Assembly: GCA_044226015.1 (NCBI GenBank)
Contig: JBGAHS010000006.1
Coordinates: forward strand, 512,001 to 576,000
Length of the DNA stretch: 64,000 bases
DNA from: Candidatus Obscuribacteraceae bacterium
Lineage (GTDB): Bacteria; Cyanobacteriota; Vampirovibrionia; Obscuribacterales; Obscuribacteraceae
Direction of reading: 5' to 3'
This document shows positions 1 to 10,170 of the stretch, one piece after another. Each line of letters begins with the position of its first letter. Within the stretch, counting starts at the first letter, position 1. A program made the translations under genes and the position numbers. Under the pieces are notes generated by a model. It saw only the letters and a list, made by a program, of their open reading frames with translations, ran no database searches and had not been told where the DNA came from.

Positions 1-102
1 CCTGCGCTTGCACCAAGCCAAGCTCCAGCAAACACAAGTCCCACAGAAAGTAGCACCTCGTCGAGCGACTCATCAACGAATTCCTCGTCCGAATCAAGGT
101 GA
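1..102 (+). CDS. Possible 3' end of a CDS truncated by the window edge (Ser/Pro-rich tail)
   Basis: Frame 1 is open from base 1 (PALAPSQAPANTSPTESSTSSSDSS...) to TGA at 100-102. Confidence 0.35.
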   Translation, partial: PALAPSQAPANTSPTESSTSSSDSSTNSSSESR

Positions 103-131
103 TACCACATCTGGTTCACCGCTAATCACAG

Positions 132-794
132 GTGGCACACGTGAATACATTGCGCAACGCTAAGTTTGCATGTTCTCTTTTGCTTTTACTCTCAATTCCT
201 GCTGGAGCCAAAACCATGAGCAATGAAAATAGCGAGCAAAAGTCTTATCCTCCGGTAAATCATCAAATACCGCCAGAAATAAAGGAAGAGTTGAAACCAT
301 CAGAGGTGAAAGTCTTTGGAACTGCACCTAATCTGGGCTGGAAGATTACAAAGGGATTCAACCCAAGAACAGCAATGCTGGTGCTGGGAAAAAATGACGA
401 TTTGATAGCTGGACTTTATCGTTATGCAGAACTAAATCAGATTAAGGGAGCCTCTTTCACCGCACTTGGTGCACTGGGCGCAGCTGCACTTGCGTTTTTT
501 GACAAAGAAAAAAGAGTCTATAAGCTGATTGCGGTTCCCAAACAAACTGAACTGGTCGCTTTCAGCGGCAACATAGGCAAGAAGGAAGGCAAATATGTCG
601 TCCACGCTCATGGAGTGGTATCTCTCGAAGACGGTCAATGCATAGGCGGACATTTTCTCTACGCTTCTGTTTGGCCCACAGTTGAGGTGACCATACATGA
701 AACTGAAGTTGCAGTTGAAAAAGAACTTGATGAAGAAACAGGATTGTCACTTTACTCCACGAAAGTGCTTAGCTGCCCAGGCCCCAGCAACTAA
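132..794 (+). CDS. PPC/DUF296 domain protein, possibly with signal peptide
   Basis: Motifs ALGAL, ELVAFSGNI, VVHAHGVVS..G..GGHF, VWPTVEV typical of DUF296. Confidence 0.85.
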   Translation: MAHVNTLRNAKFACSLLLLLSIPAGAKTMSNENSEQKSYPPVNHQIPPEIKEELKPSEVKVFGTAPNLGWKITKGFNPRTAMLVLGKNDDLIAGLYRYAELNQIKGASFTALGALGAAALAFFDKEKRVYKLIAVPKQTELVAFSGNIGKKEGKYVVHAHGVVSLEDGQCIGGHFLYASVWPTVEVTIHETEVAVEKELDEETGLSLYSTKVLSCPGPSN

Positions 795-978
795 TATTGA
801 TCATAACTGGAGCCTCCTAAACTGCGTGGAAGATTCCCCTATTTTTTTTCAGGTTCAATATGTGATTTTGGATAATCTGGACTTCGGATCTGCTGGACTT
901 CGAATCTGGCTGCGTCGGCTTCCAGCAGGCTTCGAAGCTCCAAGAGCGCCAGCATAATTCAGTTAATCTGGCGATCAT

Positions 979-2259
979 CTAACTGCGATGAGAGTGCCGC
1001 TGTAAGAACTCAACAAGTTGCTCTAGCCCTATGCGATTTCTCGGTTCCAACGCCATTTTGTTTGCGTTCAAATATTCTTTGACTTTCCGTTCGAATTCTT
1101 CCGCTTTAACAGGGTCGATATCTTCATCCAGTTCGAACTTATCTCGCAAGAAACTGAGTCCAAAGAAAATGTTTCTGGCTCCGAGCATATCACGACGTTT
1201 CATTTTTCCAGGAAGTTGAAAGATGCGAGTTATTGGCTCAAAATGCTTCGCAATCCAACTAACCTGTCTTTTCTCATCTTTACCTGGAGTCATTTTGCTT
1301 ATGATTTGCAATTCGGATGGGGTGAACGCATGCTCTTCGCCAAGCTCTAAATGCGATACCAAATTTGCAGTTGTATCAAATGAATTAGCAGTCTTTTGAA
1401 ATGGCGTCTCGCCTTTGAACCCCATCGCATTTCCGATCATATCTTCAAAAGCGTTGAATAGACTTTCGAAGTTGTTCAGCCTGAGCCCTTTTAGAATTCT
1501 CAAAGAACGAGCGTCAAGAACGCCCTGAAGAGCAAGCATTCGCTTGTCTTTCAAAAGTGACTCAAGAGGGTCGCTAATTGGCTTATCCTGTACTTTTGCA
1601 TCTTTTCCTTCAAAAGGATCTCGCGGTTTGACATGCTTTTTGACATGGTCAAGTAGATAACTAAGACCAGATGCTTCTTGTTGATTAAGCTGTCCCCTAT
1701 TCTTATCCAGATAGTCCTTCATCTGCTTCGGATCGAGGTCTCGCAGGTTTTCCAGGGTTGGTTGCTTATTAAATCCGAACTTCTCGTTAGCGACTTTAAG
1801 CCCATGAAAAACGTTTCGTCCAGCTTCGATGTCATCCTTCGAAATTTGGTCTTTGAAAAAACAAGATTGCGTGAAGGCATTGAAGTTTTCGATAAGCCAG
1901 GCAAGTACCATACGATTTTCTTCAGTGGTTTTCAAAAGAAGATATGCGAATTCTTCACGACTCAGCAAGCTATTTTTATCAGTATCAATCATGCTGAAAA
2001 GCCTGGCTGTGAGGTCGAGCGCAGCAGCCGCTCTTCCGAAACTCACATCTCCCTGGAATAGCGGCGCATCCATCATGAATTTCTCAAACGAACTCGACAG
2101 ATTGTTAAATGATTGAAAATCCATCGCTTCAAGGAAGCGCATTGCTTGCGTGTCCACAAGAGAATCTAATTTCTTAGGACGATCGACTCGCCTGATGTTC
2201 GTTTGCTCGATCATCAAATCTTCGGCATCAACTGCGTCTGGTTTCTTCGGGTCTGTCAT
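979..2259 (-). CDS. Hypothetical protein with an EF-hand loop and an internally duplicated domain
   Basis: 426-aa ORF; EF-hand-like DTDKNSLLSREE; two halves align (GRNVFHGL / ARNIFFGL). Confidence 0.7.
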   Translation of the reverse strand: MTDPKKPDAVDAEDLMIEQTNIRRVDRPKKLDSLVDTQAMRFLEAMDFQSFNNLSSSFEKFMMDAPLFQGDVSFGRAAAALDLTARLFSMIDTDKNSLLSREEFAYLLLKTTEENRMVLAWLIENFNAFTQSCFFKDQISKDDIEAGRNVFHGLKVANEKFGFNKQPTLENLRDLDPKQMKDYLDKNRGQLNQQEASGLSYLLDHVKKHVKPRDPFEGKDAKVQDKPISDPLESLLKDKRMLALQGVLDARSLRILKGLRLNNFESLFNAFEDMIGNAMGFKGETPFQKTANSFDTTANLVSHLELGEEHAFTPSELQIISKMTPGKDEKRQVSWIAKHFEPITRIFQLPGKMKRRDMLGARNIFFGLSFLRDKFELDEDIDPVKAEEFERKVKEYLNANKMALEPRNRIGLEQLVEFLQRHSHRS

Positions 2260-2429
2260 TGTAAGCCTTGGCTAGAAAACGTTTAAGCTTACTATTTTAC
2301 TATGTATCAAGAGCCTGAATACACTCAAATTGCTTGAAACAAGGAGTTTGAAGGCTCAATAGTGATTCAAGGTTCCCCTTAGTCTGAATCGAGAATATTG
2401 GTTTACCATATAATTAGACTCAGGACTTC

Positions 2430-3050
2430 TTGGAACAAACTATGCAGATAAAAGTTCTTCAGGCGACAATGTACCTACTAGCAATATCAAGCGTCGTTTT
2501 AATCACAGCAATACCAGCGTCAGCAGATAGCAAGGGAAACTTCCCTGGAAAAGGTGATGTTGAAGAATACAACAGAGCTTGTGAATTTAGCGCAAAAGCA
2601 GCAAAACTTGCCAGAGAAGGTGATTTAGAAAATGCTGCAAAAACAGAGCGCAAAGCAATTCTAACTTATCCATACGACTCAGCTTCACGACATAACGAAG
2701 CTGTGTATTTGAGAAAAGCCGGCAGATTTCTAGATGCACGAAATGCAGAGCAGCGAGCCTTAGATCTTGAACCGAATTTCGTTGCGGCGCTCATCGGCAA
2801 AGGTCTTTGCTATGAACGCCTCGGTAAATATACAGATGCTGAAGAGGTATTCAAAAAGGCTGCAGCGCTAGAACCACATAACTTCGAAGCCGTTGGCGAC
2901 CTGGGCGACGTGCTACGTCAGCAGGAAAAGTTCGACGAAGCAAAAACCTGGTTTAACAAAGCTAAGAAACTGACAAAAAACGAAACGTTTCTAAGCAATA
3001 TCGATAAGCTCATCGAACTCTGCAATAACAAAGACGCTACATCTGACTAG
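2430..3050 (+). CDS. Secreted TPR repeat protein
   Basis: Signal peptide; TPR motifs (ALDLEPNFVAALIGKG, AAALEPHNFEAVGDLG). Confidence 0.85.
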   Translation: MEQTMQIKVLQATMYLLAISSVVLITAIPASADSKGNFPGKGDVEEYNRACEFSAKAAKLAREGDLENAAKTERKAILTYPYDSASRHNEAVYLRKAGRFLDARNAEQRALDLEPNFVAALIGKGLCYERLGKYTDAEEVFKKAAALEPHNFEAVGDLGDVLRQQEKFDEAKTWFNKAKKLTKNETFLSNIDKLIELCNNKDATSD

Positions 3051-3084
3051 ACGACGTTTCTAGCGAAAGTATTTTGGCACACCA

Positions 3085-3119
3085 ATGAAAAGGCAAGCAG
3101 CAAGCTGCTTGCCTTTCAT
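3085..3119. terminator. Intrinsic terminator between convergent genes
   Basis: Inverted repeat atgaaaaggcaagcagc-aa-gctgcttgcctttcat. Confidence 0.7.
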
Positions 3120-3135
3120 ACAAAGCGTGTATCAA

Positions 3136-5292
3136 TTAGCAGACTGGAAATCCGCGATCTCGCATCAGCGCATTAGTATCGACATCACGACCACGGAAAT
3201 TGCGAAATGCAACATCAGGCGCTACGGAATTTCCAACACTGAATATGGTGTCACGGAATCTGTCGCAGGTCTTCCGATCGTAGAATCCACCAGCCTCAAC
3301 AAAAGCTTCAGAGGCATCTGCGGACATTGTGTCAGCCCATATGTAAGCATAATAACCAGCTGAGTAACCATCATCTGCAAATATGTGACCAAACGCAGTC
3401 GGTCTGTGTCGCATGACGATTTCCTTGGGACATTTGATCTCGGTCATCGTTTCTTTTTCAAACTTATCGGGATCAATCGTCTTATCTTGGGTCGCTGCAA
3501 GATGTATTTTCATATCATAAATCGCAGAAGCTAGATATTCTGTGGTTATGAAGCCCTCGTTGAATGTCTTCGCCTTGCGTATTTTTGCAATGAGCTCAGC
3601 CGGCATAGGCTTTCCTGTCTTGTAATGCAACGCGAATTTGTTCAGAACTTCATTCGTCATCAACCATCTTTCATTCACCTGACTTGGAAATTCAACGAAA
3701 TCACGTTTTGTGTTTGTTCCAGCCAGAGTAGGATAGTTAACATTCGAATTAAGCCCGTGCAGCGCATGCCCAAATTCATGGAACATTGTGTTGGCGTCAT
3801 CCCACGAAATTAAGATGGCTTCGCCTGGTTTGCCCTTAACGAAGTTAGAGTTATTCGAGACAATGGGTGTGACATCACCACGGAATTTTTCCTGTGTGCG
3901 ATATTCATTCATCCAAGCACCACTGCGCTTACCATCGCGCGCGTAGGGGTCGAAATACCACAAGCCAATCAACTTGCCGTCGCGATGAACTTCGTAGACT
4001 TCTACGTCAGGAACTACTACAGGCAGATCGTTTACTTTGACCATGTCTAGCCCATAAACTTGTTTTGCAGCCCAGAACATGCCGTCGCGAATCTTATCCA
4101 ATTGCAGATATTGCTTCACTTCATTCTGGTCGATATCGTACTTAGCTGCACGAACCTTCTCTGCGTAGAATCTATAATCCCAAGGTTCTATCGTAATTTT
4201 TGCGCCTTCTTTATCTGCAATAGCTTGCATATCAGCAACTTCTTCAGCCACTCTTGCAATAGCAGCTTTCCAAACACGCATCATCAGATTCATTGCAGCA
4301 TCTGGCGTTTTTGCCATGTTATCGTCGAGAATCCAGTGAGCATGTGTTGGGAAGCCCAGAATCTGGGCTCTCTCTGAGCGCAACTTCAGAATTTCACCGA
4401 TGGTTGCCTTGTTGTCGTTCGCATCACCGTTGTCACCACGGCTTGTCCACATCTTCCATCCCTTCTCACGCAAATCACGCCGTGTTGAGAAAGTCAGGAA
4501 TGGTTCCATTGATGAACGTGTGTTGGAAACGACCCACTTTGCCTTTGCTTTTTTGCTCTCAGCTTCGCTGGCATAGGACTGTTTCAAGCTGTCAGAAAGA
4601 CCAGCGAGATCCTCTTCCTTCTCAAGCACCAACATGTACTTCTCTTCATCAGCAAGTTGATGGTGAGTGAAATCTGTGAAAAGAGTTGCCAATTTTTGAT
4701 TAATTTCGCTGAGCCGCGCTTTTTTCTTTTCGTCTAGACCAGCACCCATGCGGGTGAACATTTTGTAGTAGACATCAGTCAAACGCTGTTGCTCAGGAGT
4801 CAAACCAGACTTTTCTCGTGCTTCGTATACAACTTTGATGCGCTGAAATAAGGGATCATTCTGGATGATCTCATCATCAAACTTAGCCATGATTGGACGC
4901 ATGTCACTCTCAATGGCTTGCATTGGTTTGTCATTCATCGTTGAAGTGTAGATGTCGAAAAAACGTTGCGAGCGACTGTAGGGTCTTCCTGCATCTTCAA
5001 ACGCAGCGATTGTATTTTCAAAATTCGCTACATCTTTGCGGTCAGTAATTGCCTTAATTTCTGCTCGCTTGAGATCCATTCCTTTGAGCATGGAAGGTTT
5101 GAATTCTTCTATTTTCACGAGGTCGAAGCGTGGGTAGCCTCCGTGCTTGCCGACCCAATTCTCAAGCATAGGTCCAGCCTGACTTGTGGGATTTGTAACG
5201 GCCAGTGTTCGTCTCGTTGTTAAGATAGAACTGCCACCGAGAGCCGCGATCGCCATAGCACTCTTCAGGAACTTTCTTCGATTCATTAACAT
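3136..5292 (-). CDS. dcp: M3 family metallopeptidase (peptidyl-dipeptidase Dcp-like) with Tat signal
   Basis: HEFGHALH zinc motif, KRSGAWM, RDFVEFPSQ, GYSAGYYAYIW; N-terminal NRRKFLK. Confidence 0.92.
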   Translation of the reverse strand: MLMNRRKFLKSAMAIAALGGSSILTTRRTLAVTNPTSQAGPMLENWVGKHGGYPRFDLVKIEEFKPSMLKGMDLKRAEIKAITDRKDVANFENTIAAFEDAGRPYSRSQRFFDIYTSTMNDKPMQAIESDMRPIMAKFDDEIIQNDPLFQRIKVVYEAREKSGLTPEQQRLTDVYYKMFTRMGAGLDEKKKARLSEINQKLATLFTDFTHHQLADEEKYMLVLEKEEDLAGLSDSLKQSYASEAESKKAKAKWVVSNTRSSMEPFLTFSTRRDLREKGWKMWTSRGDNGDANDNKATIGEILKLRSERAQILGFPTHAHWILDDNMAKTPDAAMNLMMRVWKAAIARVAEEVADMQAIADKEGAKITIEPWDYRFYAEKVRAAKYDIDQNEVKQYLQLDKIRDGMFWAAKQVYGLDMVKVNDLPVVVPDVEVYEVHRDGKLIGLWYFDPYARDGKRSGAWMNEYRTQEKFRGDVTPIVSNNSNFVKGKPGEAILISWDDANTMFHEFGHALHGLNSNVNYPTLAGTNTKRDFVEFPSQVNERWLMTNEVLNKFALHYKTGKPMPAELIAKIRKAKTFNEGFITTEYLASAIYDMKIHLAATQDKTIDPDKFEKETMTEIKCPKEIVMRHRPTAFGHIFADDGYSAGYYAYIWADTMSADASEAFVEAGGFYDRKTCDRFRDTIFSVGNSVAPDVAFRNFRGRDVDTNALMRDRGFPVC

Positions 5293-5505
5293 TACCTCGT
5301 GATGAGAAGCCGGCAGCCTAGCCTGAGCTAGCTTCCCTGAGCTAAACTGTATCTGCTAAGGGAGCATGATACTACGTCAGCGCCGACTCTTGCTTCTTGT
5401 GATGCCACATTAAGTCAGAATGCTCTGATTTAATTCAGCGAACCAGACGCATTTGATAGACTGATATAGATTGCCAAGAGCGAATTCGGCACAAAAAGGT
5501 CAGCA

Positions 5506-6321
5506 ATGGAAAAACAAATTCTCGAACTAAACGATATCCTCGATTGCATCGAGTTGTGGTTCAAGAATGAGCCAGGCTACAGAGAGACCTTTTGTGGACC
5601 GTGCTTAGCTGAAGACATGGACGATCTAGTGGAACTCTCAGAGCGCGAGTTGCCGTCAGAATTCGTTCAACTTTATCAGCGATTTGACGGTGCCGACGTA
5701 AAAGATGATGTTGGCGACGACAGCAAAACACTATTTGAGTTCTTCTTTATGAGCCTGGGCGGAATCGACGGTGTCGTCAGAGAATACGAGACCTTCGAAG
5801 ACGTTGATTACAGCAGCGATTTCCTCGCCTGCGAGGGTCCGATCAAAAGCATGTCTTGCAACCAGCATTGGGTGCCTTTCGAGAAAGATTTTGCTGGTAA
5901 CTTCATCGGCATTGACCTCGACCCACCAGAAAGCGGTCGCTATGGTCAGGTGATCAAATTTGGAGCCGACGAGGTTCCATCAGTTCTAGCTCCAAGTATT
6001 GCGGCTTATTTGATGGAACGTTGCAAAATCGCAGGCATTCCTCTTCCTGACCCTGCAAGCAAACCAAAATATAAGAGACATGAAAAACAATCAGAGCTGA
6101 AATCAAACTCTGAAGCAAACACCAAGACCAAAACAAGATCCAAGACAGTGAAGTCAGAGACAAAACTCTCTGAAATACCGATCATTCACGACCCTGCTTC
6201 AAATGTATTCAGCATTTTCTCAGCACGTTCTCGCCGCAATGCTCGCAGTACTGCGGAAGAATCAGTGGAAACAGTTACAATCATCGAAAACGACAACGGC
6301 GAAGACGACAGCAATAACTAG
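5506..6321 (+). CDS. SMI1/KNR4 family protein
   Basis: LPSEFVQLYQRFDG and WVPF..D..GNFIGIDLDP...G.YGQVI.FG motifs. Confidence 0.85.
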   Translation: MEKQILELNDILDCIELWFKNEPGYRETFCGPCLAEDMDDLVELSERELPSEFVQLYQRFDGADVKDDVGDDSKTLFEFFFMSLGGIDGVVREYETFEDVDYSSDFLACEGPIKSMSCNQHWVPFEKDFAGNFIGIDLDPPESGRYGQVIKFGADEVPSVLAPSIAAYLMERCKIAGIPLPDPASKPKYKRHEKQSELKSNSEANTKTKTRSKTVKSETKLSEIPIIHDPASNVFSIFSARSRRNARSTAEESVETVTIIENDNGEDDSNN

Positions 6322-6336
6322 AGCTTAGAAATTGCA

Positions 6337-8889
6337 ATGGGTCTGCCAGCACTTCCAATTGATGAAATTCTGCCAGACCTTTTAATGTGCTTGGAAGCTA
6401 GTTCTTGCCTGGTGCTGCAAGCCGAACCGGGAGCGGGCAAGACAACTCGCGTAGCGCCAGCTATTTTAGAGAGACTGAAAAAAACTGGCTCTAATTTCGG
6501 ACAGATTGTTCTTTTGCAGCCCCGACGTGTAGCAGCACGTGCTGCCGCCTCTCGCATTTCCGATGAGCGAAACACCGAACTTGGTGGCGAAACAGGCTAT
6601 CAGGTTCGATTCGAAAACCGCTCATCCAACAAAACCAAAATACTTGTTTGCACCGAAGGAGTCTTCCTGCGTCGCTTACAGGAAGATCCTCTTCTCGAAA
6701 ATGTTTCAACGGTCATATTCGATGAGTTTCACGAACGAACCATAGATAGTGACCTTGCTCTTGCATTGGTCATGCAAGTTAAGAAAGAACTTCGCGAAGA
6801 CCTCTCAGTCATAGTAATGTCAGCAACCCTTGATACGAAGGTGATTTCAGATTACCTTGGTGGCTGCCCCGTAATCTCTTGCCCTGGACGAACATTCCCT
6901 GTTCAAGTTCAGTATTTGCAATTCCCTGGCAACGAGAGCATTGAAGAATCAGTTGCCAGAGGCATATTATCAATCAGCAGCAAATCTGATGGAGACATAC
7001 TTGCTTTTCTTCCAGGTGTTGGCGAGATTCGAAAAACAGAGGACATTCTTTTAGCATCACCCATTTCCAGCAACAGCCTAATCATGCCCCTTTATGGTGA
7101 GATGACTCTGGAAGAACAACAGAATGTGCTGAGACCCGCAAGCAAAAGAAAAATAGTTTTAGCAACGAATGTCGCCGAGACCTCGCTCACCATAGATGGT
7201 GTCACAGCCGTCGTAGATAGCGGTTATGCTAAAACTACCAGACTTAATTCTAGATTGGGCTTAAACAAACTAGAACTGGGTCGAATATCCAAAGCATCGG
7301 CGGCACAGCGAGCCGGTAGAGCAGGCAGAACACGTGCCGGCGAATGCCTCAGACTGTGGACAGAGAAAGAGCACCACATGTTGCGCGAATTCGAAGAACC
7401 GGAAATTAGCAGAGTTGAATTATCACAGACCATACTTCAATTATATGCGTGGGGTGAACAAAGCCCAGAGACCTTTTCATGGTTCGAACTGCCACCAGCA
7501 GCTTCATTCGAGCAAGCAATAGCGCTACTGGAAAAACTAGAGGCTCTAGAAAATAGAAAGATTACGGAAATGGGAAAGAGCATGGCGCAATTACCTGTGC
7601 AACCCCGCCTCGCTCGACTCCTAATAGACGCCAGCAGATATGGGCAAACAGATAGGGGAGCGCTCGCCGCAGCGATCTTAGGAGAACGCAGCCCAATGAA
7701 GAAGATGGGGCGCGGAAAGATCGCTGAGCATTACTCCGATTCCGATTTATTGGACAAAATTCGTGCACTTGAAGAGTTCAAAGAAACAGGAAATAAATTC
7801 AGTAAGTATGGCGAACTATCCGTGCAGTCAAGTAAGCAGTTACTCCGCATTGCTGAGCAGCTAACAAAATCATTCAAACGGATCAAATCAGGCGAGCAGA
7901 AAACGAACCCAAGTGTGGACAGCGATGGTGCTTTACTCCGAGCCATCTTGGATGCATTTCCAGACCGTGTCTGCAGACGCCGCGAAAGCAACAGCAAACG
8001 TGCGCTTATGGTTGGTGGAAGAGGAGTCAAACTTGCGGATGAGTCTGCAGTGGGAAGCGGTGACTACTTCGTGGCATTAGAGCTTTTGGACTCTGGTCAA
8101 TCAGAATCACTAGTCGTACAGGCATCCCAAATCGAGAAATCTTGGTTGCCACAGAAATTAGTTATTTCAGCCATTGAAACCGCATATGATGCCACAAGAG
8201 AAAAAATAATCGCGATAAAACGCACACGATTTTGCGACCTTGTCATAGACGAACAGATAGTTCCAGTTCCAAGTGAAATAGACGTTTCTGATCTTCTTGC
8301 AAATTCAATAAAAGCCAATTTTGATCTTTACAGCCTTGCTGATGATCAATCCATACAGTTTCTTGAGCGCCTCCTTTGCTTGCGCGAATGGAACTCGGAT
8401 TTAGAACTTCCGGATTTCGGAGATGATCCCCTCGTTTTTTTCCTTCGTGACTGGTGTACATCTTGCTCTAGTGTGCAAGATGTGAGAAACAAACCACTCT
8501 GGCAAGTTATCCAGAATTCACTGTCTCACCATCAAGTTCAGGCTCTTGAACTTGATACACCAGAACGAATTTCTGTACCCAGCGGCAGCAAAATAAAACT
8601 CCAGTATGAACGGGGAAAGGCGCCAGTGCTGGCAGTTCGCATCCAGGAAGTCTTTGGTTTGAAAGAAACCCCGCGCATAGCCAGAAATAGAATTCCAGTT
8701 CTGATGCACTTACTTGCACCAAACCATCAAATTCAACAAATCACACCAGACCTTGCAAGTTTCTGGAAAAACTCTTACGCAGATGTAAAAAAAGACCTGA
8801 GACGAAGGTACCCGAAACATTCCTGGCCTGATGATCCACTTACTGCGCAAGCTGAACACCGACCACAAAGGAAAATACAAAAGAGCTGA
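6337..8889 (+). CDS. hrpB: ATP-dependent RNA helicase HrpB
   Basis: GAGKTT, DEFHER, MSAT, QRAGRAGR and C-terminal LRRRYPKHSWPDDP. Confidence 0.95.
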   Translation: MGLPALPIDEILPDLLMCLEASSCLVLQAEPGAGKTTRVAPAILERLKKTGSNFGQIVLLQPRRVAARAAASRISDERNTELGGETGYQVRFENRSSNKTKILVCTEGVFLRRLQEDPLLENVSTVIFDEFHERTIDSDLALALVMQVKKELREDLSVIVMSATLDTKVISDYLGGCPVISCPGRTFPVQVQYLQFPGNESIEESVARGILSISSKSDGDILAFLPGVGEIRKTEDILLASPISSNSLIMPLYGEMTLEEQQNVLRPASKRKIVLATNVAETSLTIDGVTAVVDSGYAKTTRLNSRLGLNKLELGRISKASAAQRAGRAGRTRAGECLRLWTEKEHHMLREFEEPEISRVELSQTILQLYAWGEQSPETFSWFELPPAASFEQAIALLEKLEALENRKITEMGKSMAQLPVQPRLARLLIDASRYGQTDRGALAAAILGERSPMKKMGRGKIAEHYSDSDLLDKIRALEEFKETGNKFSKYGELSVQSSKQLLRIAEQLTKSFKRIKSGEQKTNPSVDSDGALLRAILDAFPDRVCRRRESNSKRALMVGGRGVKLADESAVGSGDYFVALELLDSGQSESLVVQASQIEKSWLPQKLVISAIETAYDATREKIIAIKRTRFCDLVIDEQIVPVPSEIDVSDLLANSIKANFDLYSLADDQSIQFLERLLCLREWNSDLELPDFGDDPLVFFLRDWCTSCSSVQDVRNKPLWQVIQNSLSHHQVQALELDTPERISVPSGSKIKLQYERGKAPVLAVRIQEVFGLKETPRIARNRIPVLMHLLAPNHQIQQITPDLASFWKNSYADVKKDLRRRYPKHSWPDDPLTAQAEHRPQRKIQKS

Positions 8890-8910
8890 ACCTGAGGTTC
8901 AGCTCTTTTT
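8881..8910. terminator. Intrinsic terminator after hrpB (probably bidirectional)
   Basis: aagagctgaacc-tga-ggttcagctctt followed by a T run. Confidence 0.8.
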
Positions 8911-8931
8911 CTACTTTGCTAACAAGTCAGC

Positions 8932-9789
8932 CTAGTTCTGCTTTCCTTGTCCAACTACTTTTCCATTTTTGTCTTTGCTGACAAAGTTACCATCGGCATC
9001 AAACTCGGTAGTACTGCCATCAGCTCTGGTAGCCACTTTCGTCCCATCCTTGTTTTCTACAAGACGGCTACCATCGGGATAGTCAGTTGTCTTAACTCCT
9101 TCATGCCAGCCAGTTCTGGTTCCGTCTTCTTCAATAATCTCACGGTCGCCATTGGCACTGTAAGTGATTCTGGGCAATCCATCTTTTCCTTCTAGAACCA
9201 TAGTGCCATCGGCTCTTTCTGTCTTACAGGCACCACTTGCATAGTTGGTGATTTTATCGCCGTTCGGATAATCATAGATTTCGGTGCCATCTTTCAATGA
9301 TGTTATAGAGATGCCATTCTTATCTTTGGCAATTGTGCTTCCATCTGTCTTATGTTCGACGGTTGAACCATCGGGCTTGGTTGTGAGACTCGACCCATCA
9401 GAATTGGTGTGTACTGTTGTACCATCCTTTTTTACGAGGTCTGAGCTACCATCAGGATTGACGGCAACTACTTCACCAGAAGGCATTTCACCAACGATGG
9501 TGCCATCATCTTGTTTAGAAACTTTATTAGTAACGTCAGCGTTCTTACCGGCTGCAGCCGCATCGAAAGTATTCGCTGATTTATGTTCTTTTTCCTTGTC
9601 ACCATGAAACTCTGGCTTACCGAATAATCCAGATACACCAGATTTTCCGCCATGTTTTAAGGAATCACTATGCTTTCTCTGCTGATCGAGCAAGTCGTGA
9701 CGACCGTCAACTGTTTGCTTATGGATTGTATCTCCAGGTTTCGATGATTTGTCTGCTACTGCAATGTTATTTTCAAATTTGTCGGACAT
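8932..9789 (-). CDS. Hypothetical protein with repeated xDG/xNG beta-turn units (TCP10-C-like)
   Basis: About 9-aa periodic repeats such as TTKPDGSTVEHKTDGSTIAKDKNG. Confidence 0.7.
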   Translation of the reverse strand: MSDKFENNIAVADKSSKPGDTIHKQTVDGRHDLLDQQRKHSDSLKHGGKSGVSGLFGKPEFHGDKEKEHKSANTFDAAAAGKNADVTNKVSKQDDGTIVGEMPSGEVVAVNPDGSSDLVKKDGTTVHTNSDGSSLTTKPDGSTVEHKTDGSTIAKDKNGISITSLKDGTEIYDYPNGDKITNYASGACKTERADGTMVLEGKDGLPRITYSANGDREIIEEDGTRTGWHEGVKTTDYPDGSRLVENKDGTKVATRADGSTTEFDADGNFVSKDKNGKVVGQGKQN

Positions 9790-10170
9790 TTTTCTACCCT
9801 AACTTTGTTATCTACTGTTGATTCGCTGTTCCCTGTTCAGCGCTCTCTTCCATGTTGAATTCACAGTATTGTCGAAAAAATTAGGAGAACAAAATAAAAG
9901 TCTTAGACCAGGTCGCTGAAGGCTTGCTGATACGCCCTCTTAAGAATGACGATGCTCAAGCGAACCTTCCCTCATGGCATCTCAATCCCGCGTACCAGGC
10001 GCCCTTATGGGGATATGGCCAAGCACGGTAATAGACGCCTGTTCACGGGATAATGCGCCGCCAACTGAGACGAGACTCCGTTCTGACTCAGCCAAGCAGG
10101 CTTTGCTGTCCCTGTAGAAGTCCGCTCGCCAACTCGTGGTTCGTCGTTAGCTGATGATCTTATGGCTACA

